Positions 1-9,408 of a stretch of 64,000 nt of DNA are shown in pieces; the first letter of the stretch is position 1, and every line of letters begins with the position of its first letter. Source of the stretch: Myxococcota bacterium (GTDB taxonomy: Bacteria; Myxococcota_A; UBA9160; SZUA-336); the NCBI GenBank assembly GCA_965247115.1, contig CBDFGR010000003.1:1760001-1824000 (forward strand), given 5' to 3'. The position numbers were made by a program, and so were the translations under genes. The notes below the pieces were generated by a model. The model was given only the letters and a program-made list of their open reading frames with translations, was not told the DNA's origin and ran no database searches.

Positions 1-584
1 TAGTGCCAGACGAGCTCGACCTCCTCCGCGTCCGAATAGCTCTGCTCGAGCCCGATCTGGTAGAGGGCGAGCTGGCGGTCGGTCTCGAACCTGCGCTTGG
101 GAGGCAGGTAGGCGCCCGTCTTGTAGTCGTGGATCTCGTAGCGGCCTGGGTCTTTCCTGACGATCCTGTCGACGATCCCGAACCACTTGTAGCGGCCTTC
201 TGCGTCCAGCTGACCGTGGAACGGGCCTTCGATCGCGATCGTCTCCCCCTCGTCGAAGGGGTAGTGCTTGCGGTAGTAGTTCTCGAGGCAGCGTGTCCCG
301 ATGGAGTAGTAGTGCTGCATCGGGCGCTCGATGCGCACGATCCGGATCTGCTCGTGGTAGTGGAGCGACCAGTCCTTGCGGAAGCGGTCCAGCACCTGGG
401 CCAGGCTCGGAGGCCTCTTGTGACGCGCCACGTGGTGGTACAGACGCTCCAGGATCTCGTGGACGCGGCGCCCCACGAACGCCTCGATGCCCTCGGTCTC
501 GACCTTGATCTTGTCGAGGTAGCGGTACCGGAAGCGACGCGCGCAGGTCTCGAAGGTCGAGAGCCGCGAGTGGCTGTACTCCAC
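1..584 (-). CDS. PD-(D/E)XK nuclease family protein (RecB-like), truncated by window edge
   Basis: Manual translation from GTG at 584: VEYSHSRLSTFETCARRFRYRY...GRRVHEILE...GIVDRIV...EIHDYKTG...RQLALY, which are RecB-family nuclease motifs. Absent from the ORF track because it runs off the edge. Confidence 0.85.
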   Translation of the reverse strand, partial: MEYSHSRLSTFETCARRFRYRYLDKIKVETEGIEAFVGRRVHEILERLYHHVARHKRPPSLAQVLDRFRKDWSLHYHEQIRIVRIERPMQHYYSIGTRCLENYYRKHYPFDEGETIAIEGPFHGQLDAEGRYKWFGIVDRIVRKDPGRYEIHDYKTGAYLPPKRRFETDRQLALYQIGLEQSYSDAEEVELVWH

Positions 585-747
585 GAATGACTGCCCCGGT
601 GGAGGATGGGAGCGGGGGGAGTCGGAGTATCGCAGAAACCACTCGTCGGGGCACGGCATCCCATTCCGGCTGGCTTGGAAACCCCACAAATCCTTCGTAT
701 CCTCCGGCTTCGCCGCTTTCGGGGATGGGCGGGAATCGAGGTCCGAC

Positions 748-1572
748 GTGAGCAGCCGCACGGAAGCGATCGCGAGCCATCTGGCCGCTCAGCGTGAGAA
801 GAGCGACCCGATCAACGAGGCGCGCAGCCAGAGCTGGGCGGACTGGAATCTGGTGATCGAGGCCAAGGAGAAGCTCCGGGCCATCCTGCTCGAGCGAACC
901 CCGACCGAGCGGCTGACCTCGGACGTCGAGGTCGTGCACGGGCTGATCTCGGGGCTGGTCGGCTCCCCAACGGCCTCGGAGGTGATCGAGCGCCTGCCCG
1001 AGATTCGCCATTGCCTGGCGCTGGACGTCGAGGCGGCCTACGAGGGCGACCCCGCAGCGAAGACGTACGCGGAGGTGATCATCGCTTACCCCTCCATCCA
1101 CGCGATCTCGACCTTCCGCATCGCACGCGAGCTCTACCATCTGGGCGAGCCGGTGGTGGCGCGGATCATGGCAGAGCACGCGCACAGCAACACCGGGATC
1201 GACATCCATCCCGGCGCGACCATCGGCTGCCACTTCTTTATCGACCACGGCACGGGCGTCGTGATCGGTGAGACGACGATCATCGGCAACCGCGTGAAGA
1301 TGTACCACGGCGTGACGCTCGGAGCGTTCTCTAACAAGCGCGGCCGGGCCGACGCAAACAAGAAGCGCCATCCGACCATCGAGGACGACGTCACGATCTA
1401 CCCGAACGCGACCATCCTGGGCGGCGAGACCACGATCGGCGCGGCCGCCGTGATCGGCGGGAACGCCTGGGTCACGAGCTCGGTCCCGCCTTACACCCGC
1501 GTGGTGATGGAGCCGAGTCTCCAGCGGATTGAGGAGTCCGAGGCGGGCCCCCCGCTAGCCGCCGACGTCTGA
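748..1572 (+). CDS. cysE: Serine O-acetyltransferase
   Basis: GDPAA, IDIHPGATIG, FIDHGTGVVIGET, KRHPTIED hexapeptide LbH motifs. Confidence 0.88.
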   Translation: MSSRTEAIASHLAAQREKSDPINEARSQSWADWNLVIEAKEKLRAILLERTPTERLTSDVEVVHGLISGLVGSPTASEVIERLPEIRHCLALDVEAAYEGDPAAKTYAEVIIAYPSIHAISTFRIARELYHLGEPVVARIMAEHAHSNTGIDIHPGATIGCHFFIDHGTGVVIGETTIIGNRVKMYHGVTLGAFSNKRGRADANKKRHPTIEDDVTIYPNATILGGETTIGAAAVIGGNAWVTSSVPPYTRVVMEPSLQRIEESEAGPPLAADV

Positions 1573-1616
1573 CCTCCGCCCGGCCCGCGGGCCCGCTCCG
1601 GGCGAGTCCACGGCGC

Positions 1617-2333
1617 TCACTTCGCGTCGTGGAAGATGATGCCGAGTGCCCAGCGTTCGCCCCAGCGAACGCGGCTCACACCGTGGCGCAAATTCACGCG
1701 CAGCGTGCCCCGCTTGCCCTGCGTGGGTCGGTGCGCGTTCGGGAAGACCAGCAGGTCGCCCTGCTCCGCGCGGATCGCCTCACCGCGGCTCTGCGCGCGG
1801 GGGCGCTGCTCGACCAGCAGGAACTCGCCGCCGCCGTAGTCGACCTCCGGCCGGCTCAGGAAGCCCGTGACCTGGAACGGAAAGGATAGCTCGCCGTACA
1901 GATCCTGGTGCAGACAGTTGTAGCCGTCCTGGGTGTAGTGGAGCAGGAGCGGCGTCGGCCGCAGCTGGCCGTTCTCATGACAGGATTTTGTGTAGGAACG
2001 AAGGGTGCGCGGGTAACCCGTCGTCTTGCCAAGGGCGGCATTCCAGCGGTTCGCGATCGGGGCAAGGTGCACGTAGAGTTGCGTGCGAAGCGCTGCGACC
2101 AGCGCGGGGAGTGGACGCGAGAAGTAACGATACTCCCCCTCGCCGAAGCGTCGCGGCCCCATGTCGATCCGACTGCGAAAGCGCCCGTCCTCGTCCCAGA
2201 GCCCGACCAGGGCCCTGCACTCTGGACGCGTGAGTAGCCTCGGGAGCAGAGCGTACCCCTGCAGATCGAGATCGTGCTCGACGGATCTCCAGTCCGCATC
2301 TCCGAGCCGCTCCGCCACCGCTCTTCCAGCCAT
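1617..2333 (-). CDS. 2OG-Fe(II) oxygenase (DUF2086 / proline-hydroxylase-like)
   Basis: NCLHQDLYG (HxD), GGEFLLVEQRPRAQSR, LRHGVS, GIIFHDA. Confidence 0.8.
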   Translation of the reverse strand: MAGRAVAERLGDADWRSVEHDLDLQGYALLPRLLTRPECRALVGLWDEDGRFRSRIDMGPRRFGEGEYRYFSRPLPALVAALRTQLYVHLAPIANRWNAALGKTTGYPRTLRSYTKSCHENGQLRPTPLLLHYTQDGYNCLHQDLYGELSFPFQVTGFLSRPEVDYGGGEFLLVEQRPRAQSRGEAIRAEQGDLLVFPNAHRPTQGKRGTLRVNLRHGVSRVRWGERWALGIIFHDAK

Positions 2334-2404
2334 CTGCCCATGCTACACACTGGCTCGAGACGATCCAGCGATCCGTCCTACCGCACGGACCGAGACCCAC
2401 CGGA

Positions 2405-3169
2405 CTAGCGCTTGAGCTCCAGGCTGACCGGACAGTGGTCGGAGCCCATGACTTCTGGCTGGATCGTCGCGCTCACGAGTTTGGGGACGAGCTCTTTACT
2501 CACCCAGAAGTAGTCCAGGCGCCAGCCGATGTTGCGTTCCCGCACGTTCGAGCGCTGACTCCAGAAGGTGTAGTGGCCGGGGTCGTCGCAGAAGTGGCGG
2601 AACGTGTCGACGTAGCCGTGGCTGGAGAAGCGAGTCATCCAGGCCCGCTCCTCGGGCAGGTACCCGGCGTTCTTCTCGTTCGCCTTCGGATGCGCCAGGT
2701 CGATTGGCTTGTGGGCGATGTTGGTGTCGCCGCACAGGACGATTCGCTTTCCCGCCCTGCGGTAGCGGTTCAGCATACGCAGCATTGCGGCGCAGAACTT
2801 GAGCTTGTAAGGAAGTCGCACGCCATCCCGCTGGCTGTTCGGGAAGTAGGAGTTCACGAGCAGGAATTGCGGAAACTCCGTCAGCAGGGCGCGCCCCTCG
2901 CGGTCGATCGCCCTGTTCCCCATGCCCACGCGGACGGCGAGGGGCTTGCGCCTGCAGTAGGTCGTGACGCCGCTGTAGCCCTTCTTCTGAGCGGGGGCCC
3001 AGTAGGAGTGATAGCCCAGCGGTCGGAGCAGCTCCTTTCCGAGCTGCTCCGGAGTGGCTCGCGACTCCTGCACGCAGACGACATCCGCGGCCTGGGTCTC
3101 GAACCAGTCGAGAAAGCCGCTCTTCCGCGCGGCCCGCAGACCGTTCACGTTCCAGGATAGGAGCTTCAT
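2405..3169 (-). CDS. xth: Exodeoxyribonuclease III / AP endonuclease
   Basis: MKLLSWNVNGLRA, KGYSGV, CGDTNIAH, GWRLDYF, GSDHCP; ATG at 3169 overlaps the upstream stop. Confidence 0.93.
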   Translation of the reverse strand: MKLLSWNVNGLRAARKSGFLDWFETQAADVVCVQESRATPEQLGKELLRPLGYHSYWAPAQKKGYSGVTTYCRRKPLAVRVGMGNRAIDREGRALLTEFPQFLLVNSYFPNSQRDGVRLPYKLKFCAAMLRMLNRYRRAGKRIVLCGDTNIAHKPIDLAHPKANEKNAGYLPEERAWMTRFSSHGYVDTFRHFCDDPGHYTFWSQRSNVRERNIGWRLDYFWVSKELVPKLVSATIQPEVMGSDHCPVSLELKR

Positions 3170-3468
3170 TCCGCCGGGGGAGGCGGGTCCCCTCGACCGA
3201 GCTCGCGGATGGCCAGGACGCTGGAAAGTGTCGAGACGACGTACGGCACGAGCAAGGTGAGCCCCATCTGCAGGACCCGCCCCGCGCCGACCTCTCCACG
3301 AACGATGGCGTCCCCGTGATTGATCGCGATCAGGACCGCACCCACCACGACTGCGAACCGAGTCGCTCGGCGGGCGACGGGCCAGGACGAGGCCTGGCGA
3401 AGCCACTCAATGATCGATGACGATGACAGCGACGGCTCTGTGTCCAGGCGAGCCAGCTCTCTCGACAT
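3166..3468 (-). CDS. Small membrane protein, NrtS-like
   Basis: AVVVGAVLIAINHGD...LTLLVPYVVST, two hydrophobic helices; translationally coupled to xth. Confidence 0.65.
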   Translation of the reverse strand: MSRELARLDTEPSLSSSSIIEWLRQASSWPVARRATRFAVVVGAVLIAINHGDAIVRGEVGAGRVLQMGLTLLVPYVVSTLSSVLAIRELGRGDPPPPAE

Positions 3469-3562
3469 GCGAGATCCTCCCGGGTGGAGCCGTCGTGTTG
3501 CGGCCAGCAATCCTGTGCCCGTGTGACGCCAGCGGTCAAGTCGCACGCTAGTCTCTCCTCCC

Positions 3563-5422
3563 ATGGCCGGTCCGCACACGGTTCGGGAATATTGTCGTCA
3601 TCTCCTCGAGAGCGGCGACCTCGCGAGCAAGCTGGCTCCGCCGCTCGCGCCGGGAGGTGCGGCCCTCGACGACAGAGCGCCCGGGCCGGCGCTCTACATC
3701 GATCGGCCAGCTCGCGACGCGGGTCTGTGCATGCGCGGTAGCGCCGAGAGGCTGCCCGGGCCCAATCAGCTCGCTGACCCGAGCGCACGAGCCACGTGTC
3801 TGCGCCGCTTCGCCCACCACGAGCTGATGGCCGTCGAGCTGTTCGCCTGGGCGCTCTTGCTCTGGCCGGAGGTGCCACGCTCATTGCGGCGGGCGTGGCT
3901 GAGAACCCTCCACGACGAGCAGCGCCACCTCGGGCTCTACCTCGGCCGCCTGCACGAGCTCGGCTCCGATCTCTCGGACGAGCCTCTCTCTGACTATTTC
4001 TGGAAGCACGCGGCGTCGATCCACGCCGGTGCGCGCGGGCCGCTCGGCTTCCTCTCCGCCATGGGGCTCACCCTGGAGCAAGCGAATCTGGACTTCACGC
4101 TGCTCTACCGCGACGCCTTCCGACGCGCCGGGGACGAAGAGAGCGCCAGGGTTTCGCAGCGCGTTCACGACGACGAGCTAGGCCACGTGAAGCTCGCTGC
4201 GCGCTGGCTCGAGCGCCTGAAGCGTCCCGATGAGAGCGACGTGGAGGCCTACGAAGCCTCGGTCCCCTTTCCGCTGGGCGCGGCACGGGCAAAGGGCCGG
4301 CTCTTCAGTGTGAGTGCCCGAAAGCGCGCCGGCTTGAGCGACGCGATGATCGAGTACGTGCGCCACGCCAGGCCTGGTGGGTCTGGCGGGACCCGGCGTG
4401 CGAGCAGTGGCGCGCCGGTCCTCTTTCCGAATCTCGGCGCGGAAGAGGGGGATGGCTGGCGTCGCGCGTACTCGCTCCCGAAGGTTCGCGAGATGGCCGC
4501 GTGGTGGGGCACGCTCTTCAGTCGCGAATCGACCTGCATCGGCGTTTCCGATGCGGCCTTGCGCTCGCTTCCTCCGGAGCTCGAGGAAGACGCAGATCGA
4601 GCCGCGTTCTCCTTTTTCGAGTCCGAAGGGTCGCTCGTGCCGTGGCTGTCGACAAACGAGGCGGCGAAGCTCGCAGAGGCCGAGGGTCTCGAGCTCGCGG
4701 CCGCGCGGCCCGAGGTCGTGCAGCAGGTGCACGACAAGGCCTTCGCGTTGCGCGTTGCTGAGCGCGAGGGTCTGGTGCCGGCAGAGCTCGAGGGAGCGAT
4801 CCAGATCATCGAGCCGGAGCTGCTTCGACGTCCCGAGCAGGCGCTGCAGCACATCGGGCGGATCGGGAAGGGCTTCGTGCTCAAGCCTCGTCTTGGCTCG
4901 AGCGGCCGGGGCCGGCTGCGGGCCGACGCGGCCGTGGCAAGGCGGGCGCTCGACCGCCTCGCGGCGCGCGGTGGCTGCGTGATCGAACCCTGGCTCGAGC
5001 GCACGGAGGATCTGTCCGCTCAGCTCTGGATCGCCCGGAGCGGCGAGTTCAGAATCCTGGGGACACTCCGTCAGGAGCTGACACCGTCTGGAGTATGGTC
5101 CGCGCATGCGGGACTCGTCGACGCGACCGGCGCCGTTTCTTCAAACAGCGAGCACGATGAGGGCTTGCGACGTGCCGCGGCCCGCATGGCGGCCGCGGCC
5201 GCCGAGGCCGGCTTTTACGGCATCTGCGGGCTGGATGCGTTCGTGTTCCGATCGTCTGGAGGCGCAGAGGTCCTGCGCCCGGTGGTCGAGTTCAACGCAC
5301 GCTTCACCGTGGGTACGATCTCGATCGGTCTCGTGGACCGAGCGCTGCGCTGCGGCATGGTTCGCCCTCCCGCTCGTTTTCGTTTCAGTGGCGAGCACGG
5401 GCTCGAGATCTCGGATCTCTGA
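3563..5422 (+). CDS. Ferritin-like (DUF455) domain fused to ATP-grasp-like domain
   Basis: N-terminal FAHHELMAVE, DEQRH, LEQANLD, DELGHV di-iron pattern; C-terminal HDK, VLKPRLGSSGRG, IEPWL, GLDAFVF, VEFNARFT. Confidence 0.75.
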   Translation: MAGPHTVREYCRHLLESGDLASKLAPPLAPGGAALDDRAPGPALYIDRPARDAGLCMRGSAERLPGPNQLADPSARATCLRRFAHHELMAVELFAWALLLWPEVPRSLRRAWLRTLHDEQRHLGLYLGRLHELGSDLSDEPLSDYFWKHAASIHAGARGPLGFLSAMGLTLEQANLDFTLLYRDAFRRAGDEESARVSQRVHDDELGHVKLAARWLERLKRPDESDVEAYEASVPFPLGAARAKGRLFSVSARKRAGLSDAMIEYVRHARPGGSGGTRRASSGAPVLFPNLGAEEGDGWRRAYSLPKVREMAAWWGTLFSRESTCIGVSDAALRSLPPELEEDADRAAFSFFESEGSLVPWLSTNEAAKLAEAEGLELAAARPEVVQQVHDKAFALRVAEREGLVPAELEGAIQIIEPELLRRPEQALQHIGRIGKGFVLKPRLGSSGRGRLRADAAVARRALDRLAARGGCVIEPWLERTEDLSAQLWIARSGEFRILGTLRQELTPSGVWSAHAGLVDATGAVSSNSEHDEGLRRAAARMAAAAAEAGFYGICGLDAFVFRSSGGAEVLRPVVEFNARFTVGTISIGLVDRALRCGMVRPPARFRFSGEHGLEISDL

Positions 5423-5551
5423 ATCGGCTACGATGGTGGGGAGAGGAAAGGTGGACGCCGAGCGCATCGTTTACGGCGGCCCCCTCGTTGATGAGGCCGG
5501 CGACTCCTGCCGCAGCGTCGTGATCTTCCGCACAGAGAGCCCGGTGTACTC

Positions 5552-6172
5552 CTAGTGGAGCTGGGTCCGGAAGTAGATGCCCCAGATGCTGAGGTCGTAG
5601 TCGTAGATTCCGAATGTGGAGCGGCTGCGGATGACACGCCAACCCAGCTCGATGCGCGTGCGTTCTGTGAGGCGCCGCGAAAGCCCGAGGTTCGCCTCGA
5701 GCGTCCAGTCGAGTGCGTGCAGATCCGGGGGATTCGGGACACCGGGCGTGCTCGTGTAGCGGTCCGAGGAGACCGAGCCGATAAAGTCGGCCGTGACCTC
5801 CAGGTGGAGCGGCAGCTCGAGCTTGAATGGGCCATCCCCGCCGGGGCGATCGATCGCGAGCGGGTAGCCTGGGACGCCGCGTAAGCCTCTCTCGCGCTCA
5901 GTGATCGTCGAGAGAGAGCGGCGCCGCGCAGCCCCCCAGTGTCCTTCGCTGAGCGTTCCCAGCCGCTCGACGAGCGGCGGCGGATTCCTGACGCTCTGAA
6001 CATCCGCGGGTCTGACCGACGCCAGCGCGACAGCTTTCGAGTCGAGGTCTGCGGCTCGAGTCGAGGCAGCAACGAGTGCGAAAGCCAAGGCGAGGCTGAA
6101 TGTAGCCAACCAGCCGAAGGGCCTTTCGACGCCGACTGCGGACGCACCGAGCGCGATGTGCTCCCGCTCCAT
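5552..6172 (-). CDS. Hypothetical exported protein
   Basis: Signal-peptide-like WLATFSLALAFALVAASTRA; C-terminal alternating beta-strand-like segments; start uncertain. Confidence 0.5.
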   Translation of the reverse strand: MEREHIALGASAVGVERPFGWLATFSLALAFALVAASTRAADLDSKAVALASVRPADVQSVRNPPPLVERLGTLSEGHWGAARRRSLSTITERERGLRGVPGYPLAIDRPGGDGPFKLELPLHLEVTADFIGSVSSDRYTSTPGVPNPPDLHALDWTLEANLGLSRRLTERTRIELGWRVIRSRSTFGIYDYDLSIWGIYFRTQLH

Positions 6173-6306
6173 CAATGCACCCTCGGCGCATCTGGCAACA
6201 AACTTTAGCTGCTGGCCAGATGATTCCGGTTCTGGGACCTCGGATGTGCGGGAGTGCGCAGCTGGCGCGCAGTGCGTCGGCAAGCCCGGTCGCCTAGTGT
6301 TGCGGG

Positions 6307-7002
6307 ATGCTGGACACGATCCACTCCGTCCAGACCCCGGAGGGTGTCGAGCTGAACCTGCACGTCGCCGGACCCGTCGTGCGGGGGATCGCGTGGGGGG
6401 TGGATCTCGCTCTGCGCGGAGGACTGTACCTCGTTCTGGGCGCGACGCTCGGCCTGTTGGGGCGCTTTGGACAGGGACTGATGCTGCTTGCTGTCTTCGT
6501 CGTCGAGTGGTTCTACCCAGTCTTCTTCGAGCTGCTCGCAGCGGGGCAGACGCCTGGCAAGAGGCTGATGGGGCTTCGCGTGTTGAACGACGACGGGACT
6601 CCGGTGACGTGGTCCGCTTCGGTCGCACGGAACCTGCTCCGCTTCGCCGACTTCCTTCCAGGCTTCTACGTGCTGGGATTGGCCTCGATGCTACTCGACC
6701 CGAGTTTTCGGCGTCTCGGTGATCTGGCTGCGGGGACGATCGTCGTGTACCCGACGCCCACGAACGCGCCGGCACGTGCGATCCCCGACGCGCCGCCACT
6801 CGCGCCGCCGCTTCCACTCGAGCTCTCCGAGCAACGGGCGGTAGTGGCGTATGCGGAGCGTTCCCCCTTTCTCTCGGAAGAGAGGGCGCGCGAGCTCGCG
6901 GCAATCCCGGCTCCGCTCCTCGCGGACGGCGATCCCAGGCAGAGACTCTTCCGCATCGCTGCCTGGCTCTCCGGACCCGTGCGCACAGCGTCGCAGCCAT
7001 GA
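6307..7002 (+). CDS. RDD family protein
   Basis: TPEGVEL, RGIAWGVD, GQTPGKRLMGLRV, RNLLRFAD, RRLGDLAAGT. Confidence 0.88.
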   Translation: MLDTIHSVQTPEGVELNLHVAGPVVRGIAWGVDLALRGGLYLVLGATLGLLGRFGQGLMLLAVFVVEWFYPVFFELLAAGQTPGKRLMGLRVLNDDGTPVTWSASVARNLLRFADFLPGFYVLGLASMLLDPSFRRLGDLAAGTIVVYPTPTNAPARAIPDAPPLAPPLPLELSEQRAVVAYAERSPFLSEERARELAAIPAPLLADGDPRQRLFRIAAWLSGPVRTASQP

Positions 7003-7961
7003 GGCAGCAGTTCTTCGAGGAGCAGCGCGAGCCGGACTGGATCCGACTGGCCCGGATACTCGACGGCCTCGACGCCGGGAGGCGCATCGATGCGCGAGCC
7101 TTTCCGACTCTGTACCGCCAGCTGTGTAGGGATCTCGCATTGGCCCGGGACCGCCAGTTCGGGGGGCACCTGATCGACCGGCTGAACGGGATCGCGCTGC
7201 GCGGGCACGATTGGCTCTATCGGGCGCGTTCCCGAAGCTCTCTCCGCGTGCTGCGGTTTCTCAGTACGGAGTTTCCACGCGCGGTTCGCGCGGAGTGGCG
7301 CATCGTCACCTCCATGGCCTTTCTCTTCGTCGGCTTTGCGCTGGGACTGCTCTGGCTGGTGCAGGCAAACCCGGATCTCATCCACAGCTTCGTGGGCCAG
7401 GAGCAACTGCGCGAGTTCGAGGAGATGTACGATCCGTCGGCCAGTCACATCGGTCTGCCCCGGGGCTACGACGACGACGTGATGATGTTCGGCTACTACG
7501 TCCTCAACAACGTCGGCATCGCGTTCCGGACCTTTGCCAGCGGGCTGCTCTTTGGTGTGGGGAGCCTGTTCTTCGTAGCCTTCAACGGCGCCTACCTCGG
7601 CCTCATCGCGAGTCACGTTTCCAACCTGGGCTACGGCTCGACCTTCTATCCGTTCGTGTTCGGCCACGCTTCCTTCGAGCTGACGGCCATGGTGCTGTCG
7701 GGAGCCGCGGGGATGAAGCTCGGACTCGCTCTGCTCTCGCCAGGGTCGCGCACTCGCATTCAAGCCCTGCGCGAGGCGCTCACGGGCAGCATCCTGATCC
7801 TGTACGGCGCGGCGTGCATGCTCCTCGTCGCCGCCGTCATCGAGGCGTTCTGGTCCAGCAGCGCGCTGCTCCCTGCTCCGGTCAAGCTCGGCGTAGGGAG
7901 CGTTCTATGGATCGCGCTCGCTACGTACCTACTCGCGGCAGGCCGGGCCCGTGCAGACTGA
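6999..7961 (+). CDS. Stage II sporulation protein M family membrane protein
   Basis: YRQLCRDLALAR, NNVGIAFRTFASG, HASFELTA, AVIEAFWS; ATGA overlap. Confidence 0.85.
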   Translation: MRQQFFEEQREPDWIRLARILDGLDAGRRIDARAFPTLYRQLCRDLALARDRQFGGHLIDRLNGIALRGHDWLYRARSRSSLRVLRFLSTEFPRAVRAEWRIVTSMAFLFVGFALGLLWLVQANPDLIHSFVGQEQLREFEEMYDPSASHIGLPRGYDDDVMMFGYYVLNNVGIAFRTFASGLLFGVGSLFFVAFNGAYLGLIASHVSNLGYGSTFYPFVFGHASFELTAMVLSGAAGMKLGLALLSPGSRTRIQALREALTGSILILYGAACMLLVAAVIEAFWSSSALLPAPVKLGVGSVLWIALATYLLAAGRARAD

Positions 7962-9408
7962 AAACATCCGTGCCTCGCTGCGTCCCCGTGCCGGCTGGGA
8001 GGCCGTCGACCTCGGCTTTCGCATGGCCAGGGTCTGGTGGCGCCCCCTGTTCGGGGCCTGGCTCGCGGTGGTTGTGCCGACGGCGATCCTGCTGAACATC
8101 CTGTTCCGCGATTCGCTGTGGCTGGCGGCCTTCGCGCTCTGGCTGCTCAAGCCCGCCTTCGATCGGGTAGCGCTCTTCGTTCTCAGCGAAGCGCTGTTCG
8201 GCCGCATCCCGAGCATCACCGAGAGCCTGCACGCACTTCCGGGTCTGCTGCGTACCGGACTTGTCGGCTCGCTCGGTATTTACCGCCTGTCACCCATGCG
8301 TGCGCTCGTGCTTCCGGTGCTCCAGCTCGAGGGGCTGAGGGGGCGTGCGCGGCGCGATCGCGTGCGTCTCCTTGTGGGGCGTGCGTTCAACGTCGGCTTC
8401 GGGCTCATCGTGGCATGCCTGCACTTCGAGCTGCTGGTCGCCGGGCTGGGCTGCCTCTCGCTGATCTGGATCTTCCTCCCCGCGGGAGTGGATCTCGGTC
8501 CTCTGGGGCTGGCCTCCGCCTGGCTCTTCGGAGAGGGAGGCTGGCCGGTGGCTCTTGGGAACGCGGTGCTGGTGTTCGCCATGAGCGCGATCGAGCCCTT
8601 CTACGTGGCGGCAGGCTTCTCTGTCTACCTCAACCGCCGCGTGTATCTGGAAGGCTGGGACATCGACCTGGAGTTTCGGAAGCTGGCCCGGCGGGCCGCG
8701 CCCCGCGCAGGTGCCGCCGTCGTCAGCAGCGGGATGGCACTGGCTCTGCTACTGGCTCCTGCGGCGCAGGCGACCGAGTGCACGGAGCATTCTCAGTCGG
8801 CAAAGGCCTGCGTCGAGGCGATCATGGAGACAGCCGAGTTCGAGACCGTGCGTCGCGTCGAGCTCTGGGTACCCAAGAACAGCCCCGAGGCGGGCGTTCG
8901 CGCTGCGGAGCCGTCGGGGCTCTCGGAGCTCGCCGAGCTGCTCGCCCTCCTGTTCCAGATCCTGCTGTGGGGAGCGGTTGGCCTCGCGCTCTTCGCCACG
9001 CTTCGTCGGCTGTTGCAGCGAGCTCCCGCGGAGGCGAGGCCGGAAGACCGCGAGAGTCCCGAGATCACCCTGGACGCGGCGCCGCTGCCCGAGCCGCTCC
9101 CGCTCGATCCGATCGGAGAGGCCAGGTCCCGCTTCGCCGAGGGGGACGCGATCGGCGCGCTGAGCCTGCTGTACCGAGGTGTGCTGGCCTACCTGAGCGA
9201 GCGCCGCGGGCTGCGGCTGCCCGGGAGCGCGACCGAGGACGAGTGCACCCGTGTGGTCGGAGAGAGACTCGAGGCCGGGCTCGCCCAGGACTTTGCCGAG
9301 CTTGCTCGCACCTGGCAGGGCTGCGCCTACGCGGGTCGGCAGCCCGAGCCCGCCGCCTTCTACCTGCTCTGCGAGCGCTGGGCCTCGCGCTTCGGGGCGA
9401 CCGCGTGA
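7951..9408 (+). CDS. DUF4129 domain membrane protein
   Basis: LRPRAGWEAVDLG, GFSVYLNRRVYLEGWDI, ALSLLYRG...SATEDEC; position in MoxR operon. Confidence 0.75.
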   Translation: MQTENIRASLRPRAGWEAVDLGFRMARVWWRPLFGAWLAVVVPTAILLNILFRDSLWLAAFALWLLKPAFDRVALFVLSEALFGRIPSITESLHALPGLLRTGLVGSLGIYRLSPMRALVLPVLQLEGLRGRARRDRVRLLVGRAFNVGFGLIVACLHFELLVAGLGCLSLIWIFLPAGVDLGPLGLASAWLFGEGGWPVALGNAVLVFAMSAIEPFYVAAGFSVYLNRRVYLEGWDIDLEFRKLARRAAPRAGAAVVSSGMALALLLAPAAQATECTEHSQSAKACVEAIMETAEFETVRRVELWVPKNSPEAGVRAAEPSGLSELAELLALLFQILLWGAVGLALFATLRRLLQRAPAEARPEDRESPEITLDAAPLPEPLPLDPIGEARSRFAEGDAIGALSLLYRGVLAYLSERRGLRLPGSATEDECTRVVGERLEAGLAQDFAELARTWQGCAYAGRQPEPAAFYLLCERWASRFGATA

